This document shows positions 13,901-25,288 of a DNA stretch of 64,000 bases, piece by piece. The notes below the pieces were generated by a model, which searched no databases, was not told the origin of the DNA, and saw only the letters and a list, made by a program, of their open reading frames with translations. The position numbers were made by a program, and so were the translations under genes. The stretch lies in contig JBHGNT010000020.1 of NCBI GenBank assembly GCA_043228905.1, positions 13,020,001 through 13,084,000 on the forward strand, read 5' to 3'. How positions within the stretch are numbered: position 1 is the first letter of the stretch; every line of letters begins with the position of its first letter. This DNA is from Azolla caroliniana. Taxonomy: Eukaryota > Plantae > Polypodiophyta.

Positions 13901-14944
13901 TGAAAAGTATACCAAATTTTGCTCCATTAGAGAATCAAAGTGAGGTTGAAGCAAAAGAGAAGAGTTGAAGCGTAATGGAGGCTTTCCAAGTAAAGACTTA
14001 TATATGTCAATTGCATGACCACAAACCTCCAAACAAATAGGAAAGTGATCTGAAGTTCCTACATCTTGTAAAATTGTCATACGAAGTGATGTCAGTAAAA
14101 AAGAATCATTGTGCATCACATACATTCTATCTAATGAACTCCATGTTTGTCTATGTTGAGCGGATTGGAAAGTAAAACCTGGATCATTCCCATGCAACCA
14201 TGTCCAAACATCCAACTTTAGAACCTCCATAGCTAATGAATCCCAAGCAAGTTGTTCATGATCATCCATGATTGAAGGTTCAGACGTAGATTGAGATGCA
14301 TCAACACACATGTTAAAATCACCCATAAGTAATCCTGGACGACCCACACATAGAGTTTGACGGAGTGCGCCCCATAATGCAATACGTTGAGTGGATTGGT
14401 TAGGGGCATAAATCCCAACCACCCACACAACCTCATCAAAAAAGTGATTTCTAGAACCAAAAACCGACCATAAGGATCATTATGCACCAACTAAGGATAA
14501 TATTTATCCCGCACAATTAATACCACACCTGAATAATGATTATTAAGATGTCCTACATAGAATGATGAATATCCACACAAATGAACTGTGGATCCTGCTA
14601 ACTCATGACACTTATGCTCAACTACACATAATACATCCCATTCTTTACTTAACAAAGTTTGCCATAATATATACTTCTTATGAGGAGAACATGCCCCTCT
14701 CACATTCCATGTTACCACTTTCATTCAATCAACAATGTTATGGGTGCACTTGCCCCTTTAGAGTAACCGATGTCATGAAACTAGTCAAAGCATGTTCCAA
14801 TGCTACATATGGATTTTCATGCACCACATCCTTAGGACCGTCTATCGAAATCTTTTGTTTAGGAAAATCTTTTGTTTAGGTTCTCTCGCTTGACGAAAAC
14901 CTCGAGAATTCGATGAATTTACAACCCATCCCAATGAATCAAAG

Positions 14945-15400
14945 TGTCATGATATGGCAAAACTCGAACCCATGACCTTATGTTATATGGGTCGAGCTCT
15001 TGACCATTATACCATCTATTGTAATACGTAGGATATTATTTTCATTTAAGTTTTATTATAGGAAATTAATGTATATTCCAGATTTCTCTTGAACATTCTA
15101 GAAGCTTCAGGATTACTCCTGAGAACACTATAAAAGAAGGCACTAGGCATTATGTTGAACCAAATTGGTTCATCGCCAGTCTTAAGACTCATAGCCATCT
15201 TGTACTTACTCTTCCTATAATATATCATTTGTTATCATCATCTCTCTCTCTCTCTCTCTCGTCCTCACTAGCTCTCTCTCTCTCTCTTCTCTTCTCTTTC
15301 CTCCCTCTCGGGAGTCTTACGCAGTCCCGTCCTCTTAGTACTAATAGTACTTCCCTTCTCTAGTACTAATTCTCTTTCTGTTTTAGTACTATTCCTGACA
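14945..15400 (+). repeat. 5' LTR of the chromovirus
   Basis: TGTCATG...CCTGACA; TATAAAA at 15129; matches 20228-20689. Confidence 0.95.
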
Positions 15401-15470
15401 GTTTGAACCAATTTTTTCCTCTCTAGTTTTGCTTTTGGTTCCCCTCATCCTCTTATCCTTTTTCTATACA

Positions 15471-16652
15471 ATGGCTTCTGTTAGCACCCAAGAATACCAA
15501 TCCATTTTCTCCGAGCTATAGTGTCTAAAAGAAAATTTGGTTACCTTGGAACAAGAAAACCAGCGGTTGTTAGGGGATCTTCAACAAATCGCCCTAAAAA
15601 AACAGCAAACAAAGCAACAACATGGGGAGTTGCAACAGCAACATGGGGAGTTAGCATTACGTGTGCAACAACTTGAAACAGCATTGCAACAACAAGGATC
15701 AAGTCCCCACAGATTTCATAAAGAGCCCAAGATTGGACTTCCTGTGAATTTTGATGGAACGCGATCCCAATTTAGGGGATTCCTCAATCAAGTACGCTCT
15801 AGTCATTCAAATGCATCCTTCTCGATACCCCACTGATGCATCCCGAGTCAGCCTAATAGGCACGTTGCTTAGCGGCTCAGCCTTGGCATGGTTTGCTCCG
15901 CTTCTGGAAAAACAATCGCCCTTACTGAATAACTTTGAAGACTTTATTAGTGAATTTAAAGCTTGCTTTGGAGATACAGACAACATCCGAACGGTGATCA
16001 ACAAAATCCGACGATTGCGTCAAGGTGATCGTCCAGCCTCTGCCTACGCGGCGGATTTCTGTCTACTCGCTTCAGATATCCCCTGGGATGATCAGGCACT
16101 AATGGAGCAGTTTCGCTACAACCAGCGAAATGATGTCAAAGATCTACTTCTAACATTTCCCAAAGAACCAAAGTCTCTTACGAAGGCAATTAGTCAAGCG
16201 GTCTGATGTGACAACCGCCTTTTCTAACGGCGTTCGGAACATCAATTACAGATACCACGCTCTAGGCCGGAGCCCACTTACGCCTCAGTCACGGCTAAAC
16301 CGTTTGCACGAGACATACCTCAAGCAAATACTCCGACATCGATGGAGATCAATACCATACGTCGACGTGGCCCGTTATCAGAAGAAGAAAAGCAACGATG
16401 ACGTGCAAATCAATTATGTCTTTATTGCGGTGGACCAAGGCATATCGCAATCAATTGTCCCCATAGGCCAAGAAGATAGGTAAATCAAATCGTAGCCTAT
16501 ACTAAACCCGAGTCAATTCTTCCCTTAGGAGTGTCTGATAGTATTAATAGTAGTAATAGAGTGTTTGATAGTATTAATAGTGCTAATAGCCCAAGTATCT
16601 TGAAAACAAATTTGAAATCCTTAGTCAATTAGATGAAGAGTTAAACGATTGA
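15471..16652 (+). pseudogene. gag: Chromovirus gag (coiled coil, capsid, CLYCGGP.HIAINC knuckle), disrupted
   Basis: ATG at 15471; KEPKIGLP..FDG..SQFRGFL and SALAWF..LL motifs typical of Tf1/sushi-group gag; internal stops and indels. Confidence 0.85.
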
Positions 16653-19600
16653 GTCCAGCCAAAATAGGAGCCGTTTGGTTGGACAACCCTAGATTTCTAC
16701 AACCCATTAGTGGTTCCATTCCCTCCAAGCAAGTTAGCAATGTGTTCCTAGCCCAAGTCATGGTTAGTACTAAAAGTACTCCCCCAGTACATGTCCTAGC
16801 ACTTCTAGATTCCGGAGCTAATTCTTGTTTCATGGATCGAAATTTTGCCCAAGCTTCTCAGATATCCTTAAGAAAACTTCCTTGCCCCGCATCTGTAGTA
16901 GTCATTGATGGTCGTCCCATTGCTTCCGGGAATATTGTAGAAGAGTCAGAACCCATTCATGTTGTCCTAGGTAGTTTTGTGTGTGTAGTAGCATTTAATA
17001 AAATTAGTAGTCCAGAGCATCCCATTGTCCTGGGATTACCTTGGTTTGAATTACATAATCCAGACATTGATTGGAGAACAAAAGAAGTCCGACATCGACA
17101 ACCCCAAGAATCTACTCATCGAGTTTCGACCATTTCACTACGTCAATTACGCGAAGAAGGACACAAGGAGGCAATGTTCCTATTTGCAATATCAATACAT
17201 CCTTCCTGCACTATTAAGGAAGAATCCTTAGTACAACTTCCGGCGAAATATCATCCTTATGCCGATGTATTTGACAAGGTAAAAGCCGGTACTCTTCCTC
17301 ATCATCGTCCCTATGATTGTCCCATCGATCTACAACTGGGAGTAGAGCCACCATGGGGACCAATTTACAACTTGTCCCCCACCGAGTTAGAAGTCCTTCG
17401 AGCCTACATAGAGGAGAACTTGGCAAGCGGGTTTATTCGTCATTCGAAATCTCCAACCGGTGCACCCATCTTCTTTGTCAAGAAGAAAGATGGCTCACTT
17501 CATCTCGTCGTTGATTACCGCGGCTTAAATAAAGTCACCATCCGGAATAGGTATGCACTTCCTCTTATATCAAGTCTTTTAGAGCGAGTTAATGGTGCCA
17601 AGTTTTTTACAAGAATCGATCTACGAGGAGCGTATAACCTCGTGCGGATCCGACCAGGAGATGAATGGAAGACCGCCTTTCGCACGCAGTATGGACATTT
17701 CGAATATACTGTTATGTCGTTCGGTCTAACCAATGCACCCGCAGTCTTCCAACACATGGCAAATGATATATTCAGAAACTTCTTGGATATTTGTTTGATC
17801 ATCTATCTGGATGATCTATTGATTTATTCGAAGTCCTAGGAAGAGCACGATTCTCATGTACTATTAGTACTAAAACGACTCCGTGAGAATGGTCTTTATG
17901 CCAAGCTAGAAAAATGTACCTTTGACTGCAAGCAAGTGGAATTTCTAGGCTAGGTCATCTCCTCAAAGGGCATCTCCATGGATCCAGCTAAAGTCTAAAC
18001 TGTGCTAGAGTGGTAAATTCCACGATTGTTACGAGATGTACAATTTTTTCTAGGTTTTGCTAACTTCTACCGCAAGTTTATACAGGATTACTCGAAGATT
18101 ATTTTACCTCTCACACAACTTACGAAGAAGGGACAAGCATTTCTTTGGTCCAATGAAGCAGACATGGCTTTTCGGCATCTTAAGAAAGCCTTTACATCAG
18201 CTCCTATTCTAGCTCATGTGGATACAAAGAAACCATTCATCATGGAGGCCAACGCATCGGATTTCGCCCTCGGTAGCATCCTTTCTCAACAAGGAGATAA
18301 AGAAGAGTTACATCTTGTGGCTTTCCATTCGCACAAATTTGATGCCGCGGAAATCAACTACGAAATACATGACAAGGAGTTATTAGCCATCGTGGATTCC
18401 TTTGTGCAATGGCGGCATTTCTTAGAGGGCTCTCCACATTAGGTCATCGTCTTTAGTGATCACAAAAACCTTGCTTATTTCCAGAACGCTCGGGTGCTAA
18501 ATCGACGGCAAGCTCGGTGGGCTCATTTCCTCACGCATTTCAACTTCAAAATCACATATCGACCGGGGAAGCAGCAAGGAAAAGCAAATGCACTATCACG
18601 GCATTCATATCTTGCACCTCGTCCTGGTGATCCAACGTTTGATAATCAAAAGCAAGTAATCTTGTGACCAACACGATTGCACACAACGCGGATTTTTCAC
18701 ACCCCAATGGATTCCCGGATTACCGATGCCATACGTGCGAACTTGAAGACATACAGTTTTGCTTAAGACATTCTGGCGCACATTGATACCTCTCGGGCAT
18801 CCTGTTCCCAATCTCAACAACCAAGTATGGACTACCAACAATTCGAATATCATGATGGTTTGTTATTCTTTAAAAAGCTTGTATATGTCCCCGATTGCTC
18901 TGTCGCCTTCAAATCGTCCAAAATTGCCACGACACCCATACAGCGGGACATTTCGGTAGTTCTAAGACGTTGGATCTCGTTCAACGATCTTTTTGGTGGC
19001 CCCATATGCGATGTTTTGTCGACGACTACGTTCAGACTTGTGATGCTTGCTGCCAAGCAAAGATGCCCCGACACCATCCATATGGCTTGTTGGAACCCTT
19101 ATCGATTCCAAGTAAGCCGTGGTAGTCTATTTGTCTTGATTTTATCACAGATCTGCCAATCTCGAAGGGGTTCGATGCTATGTTAACCGTCATCGATCGA
19201 TATACCAAGATGGCACATTTTGTGTCGTGTACTAAGGTCATCACTAGTGAGGAAATTGCTGCCCTTGTCATGCGTGAGGTATTTCGACATCATGGCCTCC
19301 CAAACAGTATCATCAGTGACCGAGGGCCTCAATTCGCCTCCAAATTTTGGCAGCATCTCTTCAAGATGCTCAAGGTCTCTTGCAACCTCTCCTCTGGCTA
19401 CCATCCCCAGACCGATGGGTAGGCGAAACGAACAAACCAAACGTTGGAACAATATCTCCAGTGTTTTCTGAGTTATCAACAGGACGATTGGGCCGAGATT
19501 CTCCACTTTGCAGAGTTTGCATATAATAATGTTGTTCACTCCTCGACTCGGGTCTCCCCATTTTACGCTTACACCAGTTCTCATCCTCGCTGGTCGGTGA

Positions 19601-20235
19601 TCAACACCCCGGAGCTACCTACCAATCCTTGTGACGAGGATCATTTGGAGAGGCTACGCTAGATCCAGATGGATCTCTCTACTCATCTTCATCATGCTCA
19701 ACACACACAGAAGACTTATGTCGATCGTCATCGGCTTCCCTCCTCTTTTGCCATCGGAGATCGCGTATGGCTCTTACGTTGTCACATCAAGACCACTCAA
19801 CCGTGTGACAAGTTGGATTATCGACGACTCGGTCCTTTCCGTATTACTAGTAAGGTTAATGATGTCACGTTCTGCCTTGATCTCCCTCCGCATCTTCAGA
19901 TACATTCGGTTTTCCATAGCTCTCTTCTTGAACCTTATAAAGCAAACATTATTCCTGATCGTGTTACACCACCGCCGCCCCCGCTTGAGTTGGAAGCTGG
20001 CCCGAAGTATGAAGTTGCTGCCATCCTCGATTCCAAACTTGTTCGCAACAAACTTTATTATTTGATCGATTGGCTCGGCTATAGTCCGAGCAAACGTACT
20101 TGGGAACCCGTCGAGCATGTCGCCAATGCTCAGGATCTTCTTACTGAGTTCCACCGAAAGTATCCGGACAAACCCGGTCCGCAATCAGCGTCGACTCGTT
20201 CCACTCGTCGTCTTAAGGGAGAGATAGTGTCATGA
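16649..20235 (+). pseudogene. pol: Chromovirus pol (PR-RT-RH-INT-chromodomain), disrupted
   Basis: ORF pieces 16649-17839, 18026-18442, 18895-19662 and 19669-20235 (YEVAAILDSK..YYLIDWLGYSPSKRTWEP chromodomain); many premature stops. Confidence 0.93.
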
Positions 20236-20689
20236 TATGGCAAAACTCGAACCCATGACCTTATGTTATATGGGTCGAGCTCTTGACCATTATACCATCT
20301 ATTATAATACGTACGATATTATTTTCATTTAAGTTTTATTATAGGAAATTAATGTATATTCCAGATTTCTCTTGAACATTCTAGAAGCTTCAGGATTACT
20401 CCTGAGAACACTATAAAAGAAGGCACTAGGCATTATGTTGAACCAAATTGGTTCAACGCCAGTCTGAAGCCTCATAGCCATCTTGTACTTACTCTTCCTA
20501 TAATATATCATTTGTTATCATCATCTCTCTCTCTCTCTCTCTCTCTCGTCCTCACTATCTCTCTCTCTGTCTCTCTTCTCTTCTCTTTCCTCCCTCTCGG
20601 GAGTCTTACGCAGTCCCGTCCTCTTAGTACTAATAGTACTTCCCTTCTCTAGTACTAATTCTCTTTCAGTTTTAGTACTATTCCTGACA
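20228..20689 (+). repeat. 3' LTR of the chromovirus
   Basis: Copy of the 5' LTR with about 8 substitutions plus (CT)n length differences (counted by eye). Confidence 0.95.
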
Positions 20690-21643
20690 AAAATTGAAGG
20701 TGAAGGGGTAATCCCTTATCCCTAAATTGTCTTTGCCAAGGAACTTTTCGAGGACCCTCCCTAGTTCCAGAATTAGCTTTCCAAATCATCTCACGATTAG
20801 TGGGCAAACTATTATGTTGCATATTCATTTATTTCCCCTTCGACTTGCCCTTAACCTGATGCCAATCCTTTTCAACAACAACATCACTACTAGTTCTATC
20901 CAGCAGTTTTTTCCCCTTATCTATAACCACCAAACTTTGTTTTTCCATATCCACAAATTGAGCTCCCTTATTCTTAGGGCCCAAGCCTTGAAGTGAAACC
21001 TCTTTATAACCCGCTCTAGGTGATGTTCCTTCATCCATAACAACCACAATATCTGACACACTAGCATCTCTCCCAACTCCTTCCTTACCATTCCCTTCAT
21101 TAGGAACCTCTATAGTTGAAGGACAATAACAATGACATTCCGCCATAAAGTGACCCCATTCACCACATCCAAAACAATGACCTGCCAATGTCTCCCACTT
21201 CAATTTAAAACAAAGTCTTTTCATACCAGGTGTGTTCATATGCACCCATCCTGGCCTCTTACGACTTGTATCCCATAACACACAAAATCTACACTTTTTT
21301 GTAGCATTTGAATGTGGAGATACCAACACTTTACCCATTTGACTCATCAACTCTGGTAAAAGTGGCCATAAAAAAGCATGCTTATAATCCATTGTTACCC
21401 AAATGGGGCATTCTTGTTTTAACAAAGCAGGATAGTTCACAACGGGGGGCCATTGCATTACATGTACCAATCGTTTATCAAAAATCATAGGAACTTTAGC
21501 CAACAATGCACGTCAATGTTCCGGTGAACAAAACAGTACATCATAAAACCCTCGTGGTCCTACATATATATTTTCAACACAATTTGGTGACACGATTGTG
21601 TTCAACCATTGTTTAATCCAATTAATGTATGGGAGTTTCCCGG

Positions 21644-23027
21644 TGTCGTGAAGATCCGTCACTACGTGAGAATCGTGAGGCGAAACCACCAGGGTTCTGG
21701 ATCGGAAGGACTCGAAGTTTGCACAAGCTTTAGCGAGAAAGTATTTAAGATAGATTGAAAGAGAGAGAGATTGAGATAAGATAAAACGCTTGACTTTAGA
21801 TTTGAAGAACAAGATTAATACATCAATTGGATAACGAATTTTCTTCTTAATTTTAATTTTGATTTAAAGTACAAAGTTTTTTTTGATAAAAATCCCCTTT
21901 TGCTTGATTCCTCCGCTCTTTTATAGATGCCCCCATGCATATGGTGCATGTGAGGGTGCAAGACATGCACAGAATGCATGAAATGCATGCAATGCACGCA
22001 ATGCATGCTTGCCATGTCATCATCTAAGCTCTCACACATGAGAATTTACATGTAAAGCTATAATGATAAAAATATAATCCCTAAAGAAATGGTTTGGCTT
22101 AATGGTAAGCTTATTGCTTCTTATCTTGGAGGTGTTAAGTTTGAGTCTTGCTGACATCTTTTTCTTTTATGCACAAAATATTATTATGTTTTTGGACCAA
22201 ATATCTTTAAAACACCATGCTCCGTGATCAATCGCCGCAACCGATTTGCAATCGTTCGGTTTGGCCCAGTTCGGTCCGCATCCCGAGCCGGTTTGGTCCG
22301 ATTCGGTCCGAATTCCGAGGTCGCCGGATGCCGGATGCCTGGTCACCAATAGCCGGTAGCCGGTTCCACCGCCGGTTTTGGTTGGCCAAAACCTCGCCGG
22401 ATGCCGGGTCACCGGTTGTCGCTGGATCACCGGCTCCGTCGCCAGTTGTCGTTCATTGATCACCAATCACTGGTTGCCAAATTCATCTGATCGTTGGTTG
22501 TTGGATCCTCGTCCGGTCACCGATTGTCGGATCCATCCGGTCACCGATTGTCGGATGCATCCGGTTTCCGGTTCTATCGTCGACCGATTTGAGTTTCTTC
22601 ACCGGCTGGTTCAAGCACTTAGCCACATCCGGTGACTTAGCCACATATGTCCATCTAGACAAAAGTGGCTCAAGTCCAACTATTTTTTATGTGCTCTTAA
22701 CACATAGATGAAATATGATGGATCTCAATCTGTTTATATAGCTGGAGCCTAAACTTTTCCTATCTATGTGGGATATTTCATAGTTTTATTTTTCTCTTTT
22801 ATTTTGCAAAACTTTATACCCACATAACTTGACACCTATATGTCTGTTTCTTATGTAGTAAAATGCATTTGGAAGCTCTTGAAGACCTCCATCTTCCCAT
22901 ACTAAGATATTAAGCTAATCTAAAATAGTATCTTCTCTATTATTGTTTCATGTCTCGTGTAAAGAACCACACTTGATTTTGTACGTTCCATGCAATTTTC
23001 ACACCGTTGCCGAAAATCTTCACGACA
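21644..23027 (-). mobile_element. 1.38-kb non-coding TG..CA element (solo LTR or non-autonomous Ginger-like TIR element) with 4-bp TSD CCGG
   Basis: Perfect 12-bp terminal inverted repeat TGTCGTGAAGAT/ATCTTCACGACA; CCGG at 21640-21643 and 23028-23031; removal restores L1 ORF1 codons TTT ACC GGG AAA. Orientation inferred from a minus-strand TATAAAA at ~21920. Confidence 0.88.
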
Positions 23028-23530
23028 CCGGTAAAAAACAATATAACCGCACGATCATAGAATAAATCAAAAGATTGCAACACTTCCTTAGCATCAACTT
23101 CCACATCATGCACATCCTCATCAATGCATTCTTTTGCTACATTTTCATTTTCTTCCACAATATCAGACAACAAGGTATTGGCAATTCCCCATAAATTATC
23201 CCAATAACAATGATCCTTGTCAACCTCATTTACATGTATTACTTCAGCATATGTTTCTTTTTTCTCATAAATTTCCTCAATACCCTTAAACCTCTTAGAG
23301 CTTCCAATGTCTTTCCTTTCACGATTACATTCAAAAATCACATTACTCTGTTTTGGATCAATTGTGTCCATATCGATGTCCCCCACAATTTGAGGGGAAT
23401 TCATGTTCATATCCATTATTCTTGATGTGATAGAGATCCGAGATAAAAACAATTTTCCATGAACAAGAAAGATAACCGGAACTCACCCGATTGAAGATGT
23501 CGAAGATGATGAATGCAATAGAAGACCCGC

Positions 23531-25288
23531 TGTCGTGATGTGGCGTGCTCGAGGGTAGGAAAAACCGGCGAAAAGGGGGTCAAAAATGTGCATGTGCAAT
23601 GTGTGTGCACACAAAAGCGATTAATTGTGCATATGCAAAATAAAAAGGAAAAGAAAGGGTAAAAGGGAGGTATAGAAGCTCGTGCAAAAAGTAAGAGAGA
23701 GGTGAGATAAAGGGTAGAGGGGAGACATCCTATAAATTTATAGAGATAGACATCCATATTATATAAGAAAGAGTTAGTGGGTTAGTGGATAGTCACATTG
23801 ACTACTATCTAGAGGTGCACGGTTTGAATCTAGTCTTACAATGTAGCGTGATTTAAGGAATTTTATTCCTTTTTCATTGAAGACAAATTTGGCGACCCAC
23901 CCTTCTTTTTTTTCCTATAAAAGGAGGTCGAGGGGGGCTCATTTAGAGGGACGTTTTGGGAGGAGGAGACTATTGCCAATTTTCCTTCAAAGCTCTTCAT
24001 CTCCTTATTCACCACTTTTCTTCATCTCATACCCCTTCATCCCCCTATCGCCACATGCTCGTGAGCCCAAGCTTCGTTGGCCCGACGTTGCTTCGCCCCG
24101 TTCGTCGTTGTGAGCCCATGTGCTTGCCGTTCGGGTGGTCGTGGTTCGTTGGGATTGGCATTTTGGTGGTGCTCGTGTGTTCGTCTTCGCCATGTTCGGT
24201 TTTGCCTTGTCTCTAAGGGCATTTAATATTTATATTTTGATTGAGCTTGTGGTTAACTATAAGTTGCCATTGTAAAAAAAAAAACCCTATTTTATAAAGG
24301 GTCCTCTTGCATTAGAATCATTCACGTATTTAACTCTTTGGTCAATATTGTTCGTGTTTCTTTCTCTCCTTCTTTCTTTATTCGTGTCTTTCTTGTACGT
24401 TCGGCCGTCTTGTGACGAGGGGACTGTTCGGGCTTGCCCATGCACCTCTCCTCCTCATAAAGGCGTACGAGCATTTGTATGTGTGTTTGTGTCTTCCTTG
24501 TACGTTCGGCCGTCTTGTGACGAGGGGACCGTTCGGGCTTGCCCATGCACCTCTCCTCCTCATAAAGGCGTACGAGCATTTTGTGTGTGTGTTTGTGTCC
24601 TCCTTGTACGTTCGACCGTCTTGTGACGAGGGAACCGTTCGGGCTTGCCCATGCACCTCTCCTCCTCATAAAGGCGTACGAGCATTTGTGCATGTGTTTG
24701 TGTCTTCCTTGTACGCTCAGTCGTCTTATGACGAGGGAACCGTTCGGGCTTGCCCATGCACCTCTCCTCCTCATAAAGACGTACGAGCATTTGTGTGTGT
24801 GTTTGTGTCTTCCTTGTACGTTCGACCATCTTGTGACGAGGGGACCGTTCGGGCTTGCCCATGCACCTCTCCTCCTCATAAAGGCATACGAGCATTTTGT
24901 GCGTGTGTTTTGTGTCTTCCTCGTACATTCGACGTCTTGTCACAAGGGAGCGTTCAAGCGCGCCCATGCACCTCTCCTCCTCATAAAGCCGTACGGACAT
25001 TCGTGTTTGTATTATCGTCCCCTTGTGCGTTCATGTTGCGTGCTCATCTTGCTTGTACTCGTTTGGTCACTTGGCTCGTACGGTGATCTCGGAAGGTCGA
25101 CGAGTCGTGATCAACGAGAGCCACCGGCCTCACAAAACAAAAGGGGAACGAGACCTTGCTCGGGAAGGGGTGGGGAAGTAGTATTTTCATAAAGCAAACC
25201 TCGGGTCTTCTCTATCCCTTGAGTACTCCCTAGTCCGAGACCCCCGTGGTCCCGCCCAAGTAACACACGCGCGCGAAACTTCGTGACA
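23531..25288. mobile_element. 1.76-kb non-coding TG..CA element (probable solo LTR) with 4-bp TSD CCGC
   Basis: TGTCGTGA...TCGTGACA ends; CCGC at 23527-23530 and 25289-25292; TATA-like boxes at ~23731 and ~23915; internal tandem array. Confidence 0.8.
24384..25010. repeat. Tandem array of six ~105-bp units inside the 23531 element
   Basis: Unit gtgtcttccttgtacgttcg...cctcataaaggcgtacgagcatttgtgtgtgtgttt repeated with few changes; last copy most diverged. Confidence 0.95.

Larger units (their letters stand above)
14945..20689 (+). mobile_element. Full-length Ty3/gypsy chromovirus (Tcn1/Tf1-sushi-like); ORFs decayed
   Basis: Two near-identical LTRs; gag, protease (LLDSGA), RT (YLDD), RNase H, integrase (GPF motif) and chromodomain; PPT AAGGGAGAGATAG before 20228; no clean TSD. 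Confidence 0.96.

Noticed and set aside
24384-25010. 105-bp array as a CRISPR array or repeat-protein gene
   Set aside because: No unique spacers, no cas genes, eukaryotic context; the ORFs on both strands follow from unit length and GC content.
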